Part shown: in pieces, positions 1-10,678 of the stretch
Layout: the number at the start of each line of letters is the position of its first letter
Position numbering within the stretch: the first letter of the stretch is position 1
From: Tubiluchus corallicola
Lineage: Eukaryota; Animalia; Priapulida
Direction of reading: 5' to 3'
DNA: 64,000 nt
Assembly: GCA_030141605.1 (NCBI GenBank)
Contig: JAQGDQ010000147.1
Span: 248,001-312,000, forward strand
Made by a program: the position numbers and the translations under genes
The notes under the pieces: model-generated
The model's database searches: none
Told to the model about the DNA's origin: nothing
What the model saw: only the letters and a program-made list of their open reading frames with translations

Positions 1-245
1 ACACAATGATTGTATTAGATGTGTACTTTAAACTAGGTCTGCAAATCGCAATTGGATTGTGCTTAAAAACATTTAATGAAGCTGCAGTAAGGGTTGTCTC
101 TTCCATAAAGAGGTGCGACTTTGCAATATGACAAAATTTGTAATAACAAAATTGCAAATAAAGCAATTGCACAAACCTTTGCAGTAACTTATAAGCCAAG
201 AATTAGCAATGAAAGAATAAGCAAAACAGAGCAAATGCAACTCAC

Positions 246-374
246 AACCCGAAGATGCAAAGCGCAATTTTCTGCAGACCATTTGCTGTTAAGTTCTTCG
301 AGTTCTTTGTTTACTTTATGAAAGTTGCTCAGTTCAGATTCCATTGCACTTATAATAGATTTGTCTTTCTCAAT
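246..374 (-). CDS. CCDC73: CCDC73-like exon (IEKDKSIISAMESELSNF...HLRV)
   Basis: Lies within ORF 189-428; cttgcag acceptor, GTGAGT donor. Confidence 0.65.
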
Positions 375-3300
375 CTGCAAGACAAAGTTTAAAATGAAGA
401 AATCTTGAATGTTGTCATATGTTTGCATATTTTAGGAAGAAGCACCAGCTGCAAAGCTTAATCTCTGGATATTAATCAGTACCAATAATTAGAGTGTAAA
501 CACGACCATGTATCCATAAAATGGACAAAATGTGCTATTGGCTAGCAGAACGAAATGAAATGAAATTGAGAGGATCACTAATATACTAAACGGCTATGAT
601 TATTAATGAAGCAAATTATTCATTAAAATTATTTTTTTATATTATTATATGTAATATATTCTATAGCAAAAGCTTTATTATATATATATTGTCATTTTAT
701 TTTTTGATGCTTTGTTTATCTTCTGTCCAACACTTGCCTGAATTTAAATTATCTTCTTGTGGGGCATTATACATGCCTTACTTGGGAGTTCATTAAGACA
801 TTCACAATACTAATTCCTATGTCAAATTGTTATTCAAATACAATACTGAGACTCCTAAAGTTTTTTTCAATAATTTTGCAATTCTTTGTGCATTTCTTGC
901 TACATATGCTTAGCAAACTGGATACGACAATCACTGACTACTGCTTGCAATTCTACAGCTGTTGTGCTGAAATTAAACAATGCTTAAAGTAATTGGGGTA
1001 TATTAAAAAAAATAAGCAGGCAAAAAGTTAGATTAGATTTTTTAAATAACCAATGCATTGGATTTTTCAAGTAACCAATGAAGGGACTGCTTAGAAATTC
1101 TGAAAATTACTTCTTGCTCAAAACTGCAAAAAACGAAAAAAGTGTGAGCTAAATTTTTGCGAATGGAGCTTCAAAGCCTTGCTTGCAAAGTTTTATTTTT
1201 GCAACATGCCATTCCAAGCAGTTGCAAATTATACATCACCTAAGTGTTAGATTACTGGCCAAGCAACTAAATTATGTAATCTTTTTGTAATAAAACAAAA
1301 AGCATGCACCAAAACAACTCTGTCTGCAGGTAAAATGACAATTTGCTTTCTGCATATGCATTTATCAGCACTGATTCTGATGTTTAATCACTGATTGCTG
1401 AGAAATAAAAAGCGATAAACGTAACACATGTTCAGCTACAGTTAACTATACGTTTGTAAACCGGGTACACAACATCAAATGAAGCTGACATGTGAGTTTT
1501 ATACTAGCTTAATGTGAAATTTTCGAATAGAGGGGGAGAGGGCTGCCTCACAATATTTGCAAACTTTCCATCACGCTTTGATCTTATAGTTTACAATATT
1601 TCGTTTTAAATTTATTTTTGCAAATCGTCAAAGCAAGACTAAACTGAGGGCAGTTCAACAAAACAATGAACAGGTATCAACGCGCCTGCTTGTTTAACTC
1701 AGCAACAGATGTTTCAAGATCATCTTGCAGCTCTTGTATCTTCAGTGTCTTCGTCTCAGACTCGACATGTAACTGTTCTAATTCGCCTTCAACTAGCAAG
1801 ACTTTTTCCTGCAGTCTCTTAGCTTCCTCTTCTAAATTAAATCGCAAATCACTCTGCTGTTTCAGTATGTCATGAGCCTTTTCCAGAGCTGCTTTACTTT
1901 TCTGAAAAAAATTACTAGATTTGTAATGTTATGTATCTCCAGAACTAACACTTAGCTGTAAGCAGCTAACTGTCACACATGTAGAAAGTTTTCTGTAAGA
2001 CTCAGTAAAGGGTTAATTTGCATGACACACTGGTATTCAGTTTTCAGTACTTACTTATTTTGTCATTCCCAATTTAACACTAAAAAGTAATACAGTTCTG
2101 CATAGGAATGAAGCAGAAGACCAAAAGGATAGTCAGCTGTTGCATATATTGGGTCACCTGTTACGACACGAGAAATTAAATGAAAAACGTAACTTGTAAT
2201 TATACACATTACAGAAGACACACTCAGAATATACATTAGGTGCTGCTATCTGATACAATATGAACTTAAAGAAAAGGCCAAGCCTTCTGGGAAGTCAGGC
2301 TTATTTCAATGTTCACGAAAAATGTTAGAAGTATTTAGTAATACAATTGCAATAAGCGCTTAGCGTAATTAGTAAAATCACTTCAAAGTTACAATCACTT
2401 CATGCTTGGGCACTCCCATTTTCAATGTTTATTCTTCTTCCAATGACGTCATTCGTTTTGAAGAAATGTAGCGCACTGTCAATCTTCACCAAAAGTATAA
2501 TAAGTTTTTACAAAAAAATTAATTAGCTAATTTGGTAATATTTTTGCGTGAACAGTTGTTAAGCTGCAGAAGCTTGAATGAGTTCAAGCAGCACACGCTT
2601 ACGGATAGACACGATATGCTTATGAAAAGTTACGAAGTCTTCCCAGTTACGCCATAATCTTCAAGTGGGTGGTGGAAACCACGAAGCTTGAAAATTTTTA
2701 TTCAGGGATAGTATATTTTAAATTAATGCTTTGTAGACAGTTATTTGCAAATATCTTCGTTACATTTTTTAAAGTTGAAGTGATAACAGTAAAATAAACC
2801 CAACAAAGTGAGTGTCTTGTTCTTTCCTTTAGCTTGACATGATATCAAATGAGTATGACATTATTCAATATCACCCATTTTTCTAGTAATTATGTAATAT
2901 ATATGCTAAACAACTCTTTAGATAGTAATTAAAGACATATCTCTTGAAAGCAGAGTAGGTATCAGTGACAGCCTTACCTGCTATAGATGATGGTATGTCT
3001 TTAATTACTATCTACTTTAACATATATATTAAAATTACTAGAAAAATGGTGTCTATTTCGTTATTTATGTTATCACTAACAACAAAAGATGATGAAGCAA
3101 TTTAAATATGCTATCCCTGAATAAAATTTCAAGCTTCGTGGTTTCTATACTGAAAAGATTATGGCGTAACCTAGTAACTTTTTCATAATATCATTAATCT
3201 ACCAATGAATGTTACTTATTAGTTCAAGCAGCACACGCTTACGGATAGACACGATATGCTTATGAAAAGTTACGAAGTCTTCCCAGTTACGCCATAATCT

Positions 3301-6300
3301 TCAAGTGGGTGGTGGAAACCACGAAGCTTGAAAATTTTTATTCAGGGATAGTATATTTTAAATTAATGCTTTGTAGACAGGTATTTGCAAATATCTTCGT
3401 TACATTTTTTAAAGTTGAAGTGATAACAGTAAAATAAACCCAACAAAGTGAGTGTCTTGTTCTTTCCTTTAGCTTGACATGATATCAAATGAGTATGACA
3501 TTATTCAATATCACCCATTTTTCTAGTAATTATGTAATATATATGCTAAACAACTCTTTAGATAGTAATTAAAGACATATCTCTTGAAAGCAGAGTAGGT
3601 ATCAGTGACAGCCTTACCTGCTATAGATGATGGTATGTCTTTACTGATTAATGAAATATATGTGACTGATTTCCAACACCAAAAATGCTATCAGAAATGA
3701 TCACAGTGACTTTTATTTAAATAAACATTCAAGATTTTGTTTTTGCTAAGTAAAATTTTGATTATGTCATGATATCCCACCATAGCAAAGATAACCAACA
3801 AATTCCGGGAAACCTAAATGACGGAAGACTTATTTACATATAGTATACTAGCATGTGTATTATAAACTGTAAACTGTCCAACTTTAAAAAGGAACACTGT
3901 ATGTCACACTTCTCACTGCAAATATATTCCCAAGTAGCAGGTAATGTGTTAAATAAGAAATTGAATTAATTATTACTAAAACTGAAAGAATAAATCCACA
4001 ATTTATTAATTCGAAAAAGAAAGCTGAGACTGAGCTAAGTTGGATTAAGGGTTTTTGAGTTACAAAGGATAGAGCAGTTAAAGTCCCTTGTTGAAATCTA
4101 GCTCAGTTGCAATTTTTTAACATTCTTTCTGTCACAAAAATTACAGAAAATGAGTACAAAAAATAATAAATTGCAAGTTAATTTTCTGCCATTAATTAAT
4201 AATCTTGCAATCAATATTATTACAACTGCTTTCATTTTAAACGTGATTTCCAATGTAAAAACCAAGTTAATTATGCCTAGGGACAATGAAATCACTAATT
4301 TGTGAACAAAGTCTTACGTAATAATGTTTCAAAACTAGAAAAAAACATCACCTCCTTTTCATCTTTCAGCAACATGATGTCTTGTTTCAATTGGCATATT
4401 GTCTTTCTTTCCTGCAAAATATTATCTAGTTCCCTTTAACACGTCCAATGATAATACTAATTTAATAGTCGTAAAAAATAATGCAACCCAACCAAAGGCT
4501 TTTATTTTCCAGTTTATCATTTTCATCAGATAATATAAATTTGCTTTAACAATTGTAAGTGTTTATTATTATTAGCATTCAACGATGGAATGGCAGATAT
4601 GGAAGATTTGTAAATTAAGAGAATTTCTATGCCTAAACTATTCAAGAGTACAAGCTGTGTGATACTGTATTTAAAGAAAGAACTAAGTAGTCATCATAGT
4701 TAGAGATAAAATTCAAACAACACTGGCAAAAGAACAGTCATACAGTTATGAACAAAATTGAAATAATATTGGGTTTGGTTAGTAACAATGTGTCTAGTAA
4801 GAAAACCACCTCTGGGTGTTTCAACTGTCATACCACCTTTGGCACAAAGAGGATGCATACAAATACAAATGTGGCTAATACACATCTGTTGGATCAGTAT
4901 ATCATCTTAGAGGATCATCGTTGATCATGAGCTAGATTCTGGCCCTGACACAACCATAAAAATAGACCGTAGGCAGGGTATATTGTTGAGTGGCACCGGC
5001 TTGCGAAGTGTCAAACTTTACAAAAAAGTGTTACGTCTAAACCATCTATTGTTCATACTGTACATGATTCATCTAATAGTTGATAAAAGGCTTGCAGTAT
5101 GGCAGTTAGATTCTTGTTAGGAAACGCTGAAATATTAGGTCAACGGTGAGTTTAAATAAATGTTGTTTTCCTCGAAACTGAAGCTCATTTGAAAACATGT
5201 ATTAAACTACGACTAAACTCTAACATAACAGCAATTGATCCCAATCACTGATTACCAGTTCTAGCTCCAATTGCAAGTCTTTTTGTTGATTATTTGGTTA
5301 TTTGCTACAGACATTCCTTATATGCCAATCTACTAAACTCTAACATAACAGCAATTGATCCCAATCACTGATTACCAGTTCTAGCTCCAATTGCAAGTCT
5401 TTTTGTTGATTAGATGACCGAAGCGTGTTCCGTTTAAAAGACATTTCCTGCTGCGACAACCTTGTTTTCCAAGTAACTATTTCGCTTGTAAGCCTGATCT
5501 TTTCTTTTTGGGCAAGTTCTAGTTGACATGTTTGATGCTTGTTGATACGTTGCAGTTTACAAATGATGTTTCTTGCTTCGTCAACTGAAAGAAGTGAACT
5601 TAACTTTAGTTAAGATTCGCTTAGCACATGTTCAGTTTATAATTTTGTTTTTAGCGCTACAGTGAAACGAACAATTATAACATAATACCGTTGACAAATT
5701 AATGCACTTGGTTATTTGCTACAGACATTCCTTATATGCCAATCTACCAACACTGATTCTTACTTATAACCATGGCATTAATACACTTCTAAGAGAGTAT
5801 TTTCAAATTCTGAGATAATACAAGCATTACCAGAAACCACTCCATGACGTTCGAAAAAATTGAGTTCTCATTGTTGCAACTAAATTAGAGTAAAAGACAA
5901 TAAAATGTTACCATCGTTTTTTAGTTTTTCCTGATCCTGGAGCAGCAATTTTTGATGTTCCTTTAAACTGTTGCATTTTCCCTCAATATTTGTTAGTTGT
6001 GTAATAGCTACATCTTTCTTAGATGCCAACAAGTCGCGTTGCCGTTCCATCTCTTTCAAACGTTTTTCCATGGTGTACTTCTCAAACTGAAATTTGTGGA
6101 CAATAAAAAAAAGGAAGAGACATGTAGTTACACATTTTGCTATTGTATCAACAAGTATTGAAATGAAAAGGGGCTAGTTGCATAACACCATATATTCTGC
6201 AATTGCATCCATAGCTAAACATAGCGAAAGATTTAAGTGTGTAATAGACTAGTGGAAACAATGCATTTTTATCACTTATCACCTTCACCTGTATAGTGGC

Positions 6301-9300
6301 TAAAAAAGTTAGGCTTTTTTTACATAGTAATGAAGGTAATTTTACAGGCCTTGAATCAGCTGATATCAAAATGAAACACTAATGCAATGAAAAAGGAGGA
6401 GAAGATGATTCGGTATAAAGAGAAGATTCACCTCATGAAAAGAGAAAAGTTTCTTTCACAAGTAAATGAAACTGACAACAAAACTCTTACCGAAGTGCAG
6501 TGTGATTTAACAGGTTTAAATGGCCAGATGCAGGTTTTTGCAGAGGATTTAACAGAAGATTATATATATATATATATATAATATATATAATCTTTACTTA
6601 TTTAATGTGGATTAACAAAGCGGTTATAGCTGACACGAGTCTCTCCACATGGAGGTGCTAGTGAGTCAGTGCATTAAATGACCAGAAGATTTTCAGTCTT
6701 GTAAGAATACGATACCACGAATTATCTAATCTTAAGATGGTGAATAATTCCGCTACGGCAGATCACACAACAGACATCTCATAAATAAACTGATGCACAA
6801 GGTTGAACTCCAGAACGCTAGCAGACATTCATTAGATGAAAAATAAAATAGTATGTAACGCACAGTACACAACACAGCAATACAATATTTGTGCGACAAT
6901 GATGTGTTCACAGCCTTCAATGCTTTCACAAAAGCTTTTACAATAAGTTAGCTTCAAATGAACGAACAAAGACTCACTTGTAACTTTTTCAGTTCATTCT
7001 TCAATGAAAAAAGTTCCTTCTGCAGGCATTCTGTTACCAGTGAGTTTTTTGCCTAAAAAGGAAATCCAGGGGTAAAAAGCACAACTACAAAGGAAAATAT
7101 GGAGACTATATGGGCACTTACCACAGAGCTTTATAGGGTTCTATGGATGGTATATATTAAAATATGCAGATTGTTCTGGTCAATAACATTTTGCTAAAAT
7201 TCAGTAAAAAGTATCAGGTAAAAGAAGCCCAATTACCAAAAAGACAAGAGAAGACAAAAGGTAGCCTTGACCTGTCTTTCAGACAGTTAGACCAATTAAT
7301 TACTTTTCTGCAAAGCCTTTTTTCATTCTAAACAATTCTTATAAACTGAAAATAAGCTAGGTTTAATAATTCACAGACGATAAAAATTAAATAATAGGCA
7401 CACTGTTACAGCATATAAAATATACAGACCCAAAAACTTTTCCAGTGGCACCATAAAAAGTTAGCTTATTGGGGAACTATTTCCCTATGTACAGTACTTA
7501 AATTTAAAAGTTATTTAACTTTTTCACACATTATTATCCTAACAAAGTCATGTTTCATAGATCAAATGTGAGAACAAAAATTGCAAAATATGAAACCAGG
7601 AAATGACACCATTGTGCGATTAATGAAATTTTTTTTATCACGTTAAGTACCATGCTTAAAACCTGTGCCCTTTATCTTGTTATTACAAGACGTAATGTGA
7701 GCATTGGATGGATATTACAATAGCACAAAAAGGAACAAGGCCACAATTTCTGGCATGTGCCTAGGTACTCTTGAGTTGGGTTCTTGCAATTGGCTAAATT
7801 TGGACCATTTGGATGTGGAAAAACTTGCTAGGGGCCAAAAACTAAAAATGTGAGCTCGGGCACAGACATTTTTCCAGTGCTGTGCAACAACAGCTTGTAG
7901 TACACCAAATTAAAGGTCTAGAGGAGACAAATTTGATGGTACAGGTTGGCCCAAAGTTGGTTAACACCTAACCCAAGGTCAAGGGTCAAAATGTCACAAG
8001 TTGTAAGAACCGAAAAGAAATTCATTGAATTGTCCAAAAGTGACAAGTTCCAATTTCATCGAAATGAAATGAATATCATAGGTAACAAATATCTTCAAGC
8101 ACGGCAAATTTGGCAATAGCGAAATTATGATAGCAAGACAAATATCAAGTCAGCAAAGATTTTGCAGAGTCTAATATCATTGCAGAGGCTAAGTTTGTGA
8201 CTTAGTCACAAACAGCAATCTAGTTATACCTTTCCAGTTTCAAGCTGCTGTAGTTTTTCATTATGCTGTTTCAAATGTTCTTGAATTCTGTTGTCGTATC
8301 CTTTTGATGTGTCAGTTAGTTGCTGCTGCAGGTCAGCCTAGAGGTAGTGCAAAGAAAATGAAAATAGGTGCATCAACTAACATGATATGCCAGAAACGCA
8401 GAATAGCAATTGTGGTTAAATAGTTCATAGTTATAGCTACAAATAGTTAATAAACAAACAACTAGTATGAGAGCCAAACACAGTTATGACTAGAAAATAG
8501 ACAGCATCAGGTGAGTTAATTAGATTACATTTAAGAATGTGTAAATACGAATAGCAAATGAATGCAAACTTCACATGCACCCGTAAGTGTTGTATAAGTT
8601 GAACAATGTTTAACGTGTACTTAATGTTTTTGTGAAATCTGTACATTTTTTTGTTCCAAATCGTATTTCTCAGAAAATAATGACTTTATCTGTTCCTCCG
8701 CTTCAAGATATAGCACCTGAAAACATATTTCTATAATTAGTTGAATCGAAAATTTTGCATTATTCATCTATATTTTATTAACAAATTGGTAGTAACTGAA
8801 CAACATGGAGAATGGAAGGCAAAGAAACTGAGGAAACTGGGATTATTTAAATTGCTTTTGCTAAGAAGACATTGACGATAAAATTAAACCTTTGAGACAG
8901 CAACTTAGAAAAATGACTTTAGCAAAATGTTTGCAAATTCAATACATTTAATTTAATGTAAAACGTTGCCCAAACTTTTACTTATAGCATCAATTTGTAG
9001 CTACCCTTCTAAGTCGTAATTCCTCAACAAGTTCCACTATTTTGCCATGGAATCTCAGGAGCTCCGGAGAACTCTGCAGTTCAGGTGAAAAATTATGCTC
9101 TGAAAAAGAGAACAATACAATGTACACATGTGATAATACATATCAAGCTCACTGGGCTTTGCTAGCATATAATTCATCTTTTCAGCAAGAACGATTATCT
9201 TCTGCAAACTTCATAATTCATATGAATAACATTAGGTAAAGTTGGTTCATAGATATGACTATGTTATTCAGTGTTGTAGTCAAGTCTTTCAGCTCAAGTC

Positions 9301-10678
9301 TCAAGTCCAAGACAAGACTTCAGTCGTTATGCTCAAATTTAAGTCAAGTCTTGAGTCATTATGTCTACCCCTGAGACGAGTACAAAGTAATGTTCATGTA
9401 GTCGTATTCAATTTCAAATCGAATTTCAAGTCAAAGTAACAAAAGATTTAATTAATGTTCAAGTTCCTGTTTAATAGTAATAAACTATTCTTGTTAATTT
9501 TGGTGGTATTTTGCTGATTACTGCACTAAATTTATTAAGTAATATTGATGTTTTAAATTTTGCTACATATCAGATTGTCGATGAAAGACAAGTTACTTTA
9601 CAAAATGGTTTTATATTTTAACAGCAGTTTTGCAGAGGTGCTATACTGAGTGTCAATAATATAAAAAAGACAATACAATCACTAGTATACTACTAATTAC
9701 AATTTACAGGAAAGTCTTAAAATTACATATTACATTTAAGAAATGCCACGTCAAACAGATTCTTATCTGGCAAATCGACTAACTGACTGAAGACCCGCTT
9801 AATTAATAAGCACACTAGCAGGTGTAGTAACTAAATACTTGATTAGGTAGTTTAAAAAGCTTTCTATTAAAAAACTGCATATTTTGAATTTTTTGACGTA
9901 TTGTCATGTGTAAGTTTAACGTTATAAAACACCAAAAAAGGTTTAATTGAGCACAAACACAAACAGAGTGAGAAAAATCTAGATACTTAGAATTCCACGT
10001 TAGGTGTAATGCAAAAGCATGGCTACAGACAACAAATACTGATCGAATGTGGAATTGAAATACTTTCATAAGTAAAAGGTTGTAAGCTTGTAATTACTTA
10101 GTTATAACACACATAAAAATTGTTTGCTTTATAGTCTCCGTGCAATTCGAGTCACTGGTGAGATCAGTGTGTTGCCATTTCGAGTCTGAGTCAAGTCTCC
10201 AAGTCAGGGACACACGAGTGCAAGGGGATTCCAAGTCTGAGACTCGAGTATTACAACAGTGATGCTACCAATGTTGGTTAGTTGTGTAACTAGCACTGTA
10301 AATGTATAATGTAGAGCTCAATTAGCACTGCTAAATGAACTAATGCACTTTTGTTGATATACCATTATTTTAAAAAATATAAACCAAGGCAGATCTTTTA
10401 AATTTCAGATTCTGAATCTTAGCCTGTCTTTTAATATAGCTTGCTAAATAAATTGATATTTTTTTATAAATAAATGTAATTAATTTATCTAAATGCCCAA
10501 AATTTGTTTAGGAAAATGAGCATAATACTGTTGCATAGTAGAATAAAATGCTGTCACTTTGCAAAAAGCAAACTTTGAGCTTACCATTATCAACATTCTT
10601 CATATTAGTGCAGTCAGCTACATGTATTCCTTTATCCACTTGAATGTTGACTTTGATGGAATCTTCACTGCAAGACAT
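246..10678 (-). CDS. CCDC73: Coiled-coil domain-containing protein 73-like (multi-exon gene span; 5' end uncertain, 3' end probably beyond the left edge)
   Basis: Ten exons join in frame: 10678-10585, 9099-9005, 8716-8645, 8337-8230, 7052-6978, 6086-5912, 5584-5376, 4411-4352, 1901-1686 and 374-246. All boundaries are GT-AG except one probable GC-AG. The translation ...ELLRFHGKIVELVEELRLRR|VLYLEAEEQIKSLFSEKYDLEQKN|ADLQQQL...LETGK|AKNSLVTECLQKELFSLKNELKKLQ|FEKYTMEKRLKEME... aligns from memory with the vertebrate CCDC73 N-terminus ([34 protein letters not shown]... GKYQLATEIKEKEI... VSKYSLQKKVSEME). Confidence 0.75.
1686..1901 (-). CDS. CCDC73: CCDC73-like exon (KSKAALEKAHDILKQQ...VAELNKQ)
   Basis: 216-nt coiled-coil exon with ttttttcag acceptor; probable GC donor CAG|GCGCGT. 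Confidence 0.7.
2581..3643. repeat. 423-bp direct duplication (2581-3003 and 3221-3643) flanking the inverted arm of a long fold-back
   Basis: The two copies are identical except T/G at 2741/3381. The interval ~2972-3190 is a block-wise reverse complement of ~2620-2965. Confidence 0.9.
4352..4411 (-). CDS. CCDC73: CCDC73-like exon (ERKTICQLKQDIMLLKDEKE)
   Basis: 60-nt exon, ttttgcag acceptor, GAG|GTGATG donor. Confidence 0.7.
5212..5412. repeat. 81-bp duplication with a 40-bp templated insert
   Basis: 5212-5292 = 5332-5412; the spacer 5294-5333 = 5708-5747. Confidence 0.9.
5376..5584 (-). CDS. CCDC73: CCDC73-like exon (VDEARNIICKLQRINKHQ...DLQLELEL)
   Basis: Phase 1-0 open exon, tctttcag acceptor, CTG|GTAATC donor. 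Confidence 0.75.
5912..6086 (-). CDS. CCDC73: CCDC73-like exon (FEKYTMEKRLKEMERQ...EKLKND)
   Basis: Overlaps ORF 5880-6071; tttcag acceptor, G|GTAAC donor; coiled-coil composition. Confidence 0.8.
6978..7052 (-). CDS. CCDC73: CCDC73-like exon (AKNSLVTECLQKELFSLKNELKKLQ)
   Basis: 75-nt exon between an tttttag acceptor and a GTGAGT donor. Confidence 0.8.
7680..8225 (+). mobile_element. Non-autonomous Helitron/Helentron-like element
   Basis: 3' hairpin gtttgtgacttagtcacaaac followed by CTAG at ~8220. The internal block (ttgtagtacaccaaat...aaagg...gatggta) recurs reverse-complemented at ~17020-17215 and ~19110-19460. The 5' boundary is approximate. Confidence 0.45.
8230..8337 (-). CDS. CCDC73: CCDC73-like exon (ADLQQQLTDTSKGYDNRIQEHLKQHNEKLQQLETGK)
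   Basis: 108-nt open exon, ctctag acceptor, AAG|GTATAA donor. Confidence 0.75.
8645..8716 (-). CDS. CCDC73: CCDC73-like exon (VLYLEAEEQIKSLFSEKYDLEQKN)
   Basis: 72-nt phase 0-0 exon between an ttttcag acceptor and a GTACAG donor. Confidence 0.75.
9005..9099 (-). CDS. CCDC73: CCDC73-like exon (HNFSPELQSSPELLRFHGKIVELVEELRLRR)
   Basis: ctttttcag acceptor, AGG|GTAG donor, and the conserved EELR(L/M)RR motif. Confidence 0.8.
9269..10261. mobile_element. hAT-type non-autonomous DNA transposon
   Basis: Ends CAGTGTTGTA...TACAACAGTG, with CAAGTC/GAGTC subterminal repeat clusters at both ends and degenerate 8-bp flanks (atgttatt/atgctacc). Confidence 0.6.
10585..10678 (-). CDS. CCDC73: CCDC73-like exon (putative first coding exon, MSCSEDSIKVNIQVDKGIHVADCTNMKNVDN)
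   Basis: Runs from an ATG to a G|GTAAGC donor; phase 1 matches the next exon. Confidence 0.55.

Noticed and set aside
1-118. Further CCDC73 exon at the window edge
   Set aside because: An open frame exists, but the acceptor (AAAG) is weak and there is no recognisable homology.
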